64,000 nucleotides of DNA, from positions 72,354,001 through 72,418,000 of the forward strand of contig OX597821.1 of the NCBI GenBank assembly GCA_951406725.2, read 5' to 3'. Below the pieces are notes generated by a model. It made no database searches. It was not told the origin of the DNA and saw only the letters and a list, made by a program, of their open reading frames with translations. A program made the position numbers and the translations under genes. Position 1 is the stretch's first letter; the number at the start of each line of letters is the position of its first letter. Positions 62,330-64,000 of this stretch are shown here, one piece after another. This DNA comes from Octopus vulgaris (lineage: Eukaryota).

Positions 62330-62987
62330 GTGAGTCAATTCTTGTCTAAGTTTTTTTAAATATTTCAAAGTCTTACACCCAATGTTGTAAATTAAGCAAC
62401 CATCTGAAGTAGATTAGGTCCTGGCATGTCTGGCACTTGGATTCATAACTTTGAATCCTGCTTGTTTCCTTAGACTTTGAGACTACACCATTTTCTTAAC
62501 ACAAAAATTGGTATATAAAAGCCTGAGGCAAAGGAAACCAGTTATATCCATATTTTTAAGTGGAAGCATCTTATCTTTATGATGGTTTGTTTTCCATCAA
62601 GCATAAATGAATATCTTTTTTTCTCAACCTATTTACATCATCATCAGCATCATCATCATCATTTAGCATCTGTTTTCCATGCCGGCATGGTTTGGCTAGG
62701 ACTGATAAGCCAGAGAGCAGCACCAAGCTCCAGTCTGCTTTCGCTTGGTCTCTACAGCGGGATGCCCTTCCTAACACCAACTGCAGATGCCATATTAATT
62801 TACTCAAATTTGCAGAAATTTTGTAAAATAAGTTAATCTTCCTGGAAAATTTATCTGTATTTATCCTTCCATAGATTTATCTACCATCTGTTTGAATCTA
62901 ATTCTCTGCTCTTCAGAAGGAAATATTTTTTTCCTTTCTCAGACCTCCATATTCTACTTATTTTTGATTTTTGTAGAATTGAATATT

Positions 62988-63450
62988 CATCATCATCATA
63001 CGTCCGCTTTCCATGCTAGCATGGGTTGGATGATTTAACTGAGGACTGGCGAACCAGATGGCTGCACCAGGCTCAAATCTGATCTGGCAGAGTTTCTACA
63101 ACTGGATGCCTTTTCTAACGCTAACCACTCCGAGAGTGTAGTGTGTGCTTTTACGTGCCAGCAGCACGAGGGCCAGTCAGGCGGTACTGGCAATGGCCAT
63201 GCTCAAATGGTGTTTTTTTTTACGTTCCACATGCACAGGAGTCAGTCCAGCGGCACTGGCAACAACCTTGCTCGAATGTTTTGTTCACGTGCCACCGACA
63301 CAAGTGCCTGTAAGGCGACACTGGTAACAATCACACTCAAATGGTGCTTTTTACATGCCACCGGCATGGAAGCCAGACAGCTGCTCTGGCAGTGATCCCG
63401 CTCGGATGGAGCTGTTAGCGCTCTACTGGCATGGGTGCCAGTCATCAAAT
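62988..63450 (-). mobile_element. RTE 3' UTR/tail copy (one of more than 20 in the window, e.g. 15880, 20680, 21968, 22525, 28469, 33555, 34130, 38300, 44262, 45670, 47543, 48155, 53043, 54620, 61625)
   Basis: Shared (CAT)n-CGTCCGCTTTCCATGCTAGCATGGGTTGGA...TTTCTACA(G/A)CTGGATGCC block. Confidence 0.85.
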
Positions 63451-64000
63451 CTGGTTGAAAGATAAATCATCTCCTGTAGAAACAATTAACTTTCTTAATG
63501 AACAGACTTGAATTCAGCATTTCAAGACTCAACAAATCACTCGACAGTTTTGCAGTAGAGTGACTGCCTACAGCAGGGATCTCTACCATCCTGGGGCACC
63601 TAGTTGAATCCAGGTGATTCCAATCATGGAGAATCAAGTGCTACAGCCATGGTCACACTAATGTGCTGATAACAGGATATGAGACTCTGGTTTCTCAACT
63701 GGTTCTCTGGTTCCCCATTAATTTGGACATTTGGCATATGAGACAGGAGAGAAATGGCTTCAAGAAACAGGAATAATTCATTCCTGACACAGATACAGTC
63801 CCACCTTGGGCAAATGCCTTCTAGTATAGCCTTGGGCTAACCAAAACCTTGAGTGGATTCCATAGATGGAAACTGAAGGAAGCCTATAATACATAAGGTG
63901 TTCAGGCTAAATTTGTGTGGGTACAGTTCAGAAGGATACCAACCACTCTGCTTGCAAGACCAAGGCTGAGCTGAAGGCCAAGATGAAGGAAGTGTTCAAA

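Noticed and set aside
10128-63448. Recurrent short ORFs such as LQLDALPNANHSESVVG, MVLFMCH and WQSFYSWMPFL
   Set aside because: They are antisense or UTR translations of the RTE 3' tail repeat, not genes.

Overview
AT-rich, repeat-dense animal genomic DNA. The SINE/RTE families point to a coleoid cephalopod, probably Octopus (inference). Two spliced plus-strand genes can be rebuilt by hand. The first is complete RPS20/uS10 (4 exons, 3090-7293, 120 aa). It has a 5'-TOP tract and two paralogous box H/ACA snoRNAs in introns 1 and 3. The second is the 5' part of a CPLANE1 (C5orf42/JBTS17)-like ciliogenesis gene (19 phase-consistent coding exons, 21111-62329, about 1830 codons, continuing past the window end). 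It has a candidate RFX X-box promoter and one probable GC-AG intron. Introns and intergenic DNA carry decayed RTE, CR1, L1/Tx1 and mariner fragments, tRNA-derived SINEs, piggyBac-type MITEs, GG-ended MITEs with 8-bp TSDs, and Penelope-like palindromes, one holding a hammerhead ribozyme. The most unusual element is a 2.8-kb intronic composite at 50220-53025. It is an AAAATTTT satellite with long inverted arms and a 32-bp tandem array. It also carries two head-to-tail copies of a CRESS-DNA-virus-like cassette: iteron-like repeats, the TAATATTAC nonamer, and a Rep N-terminus with the motif RFCFTLNNY. All homology calls come from recognising motifs by eye; no database search was run.
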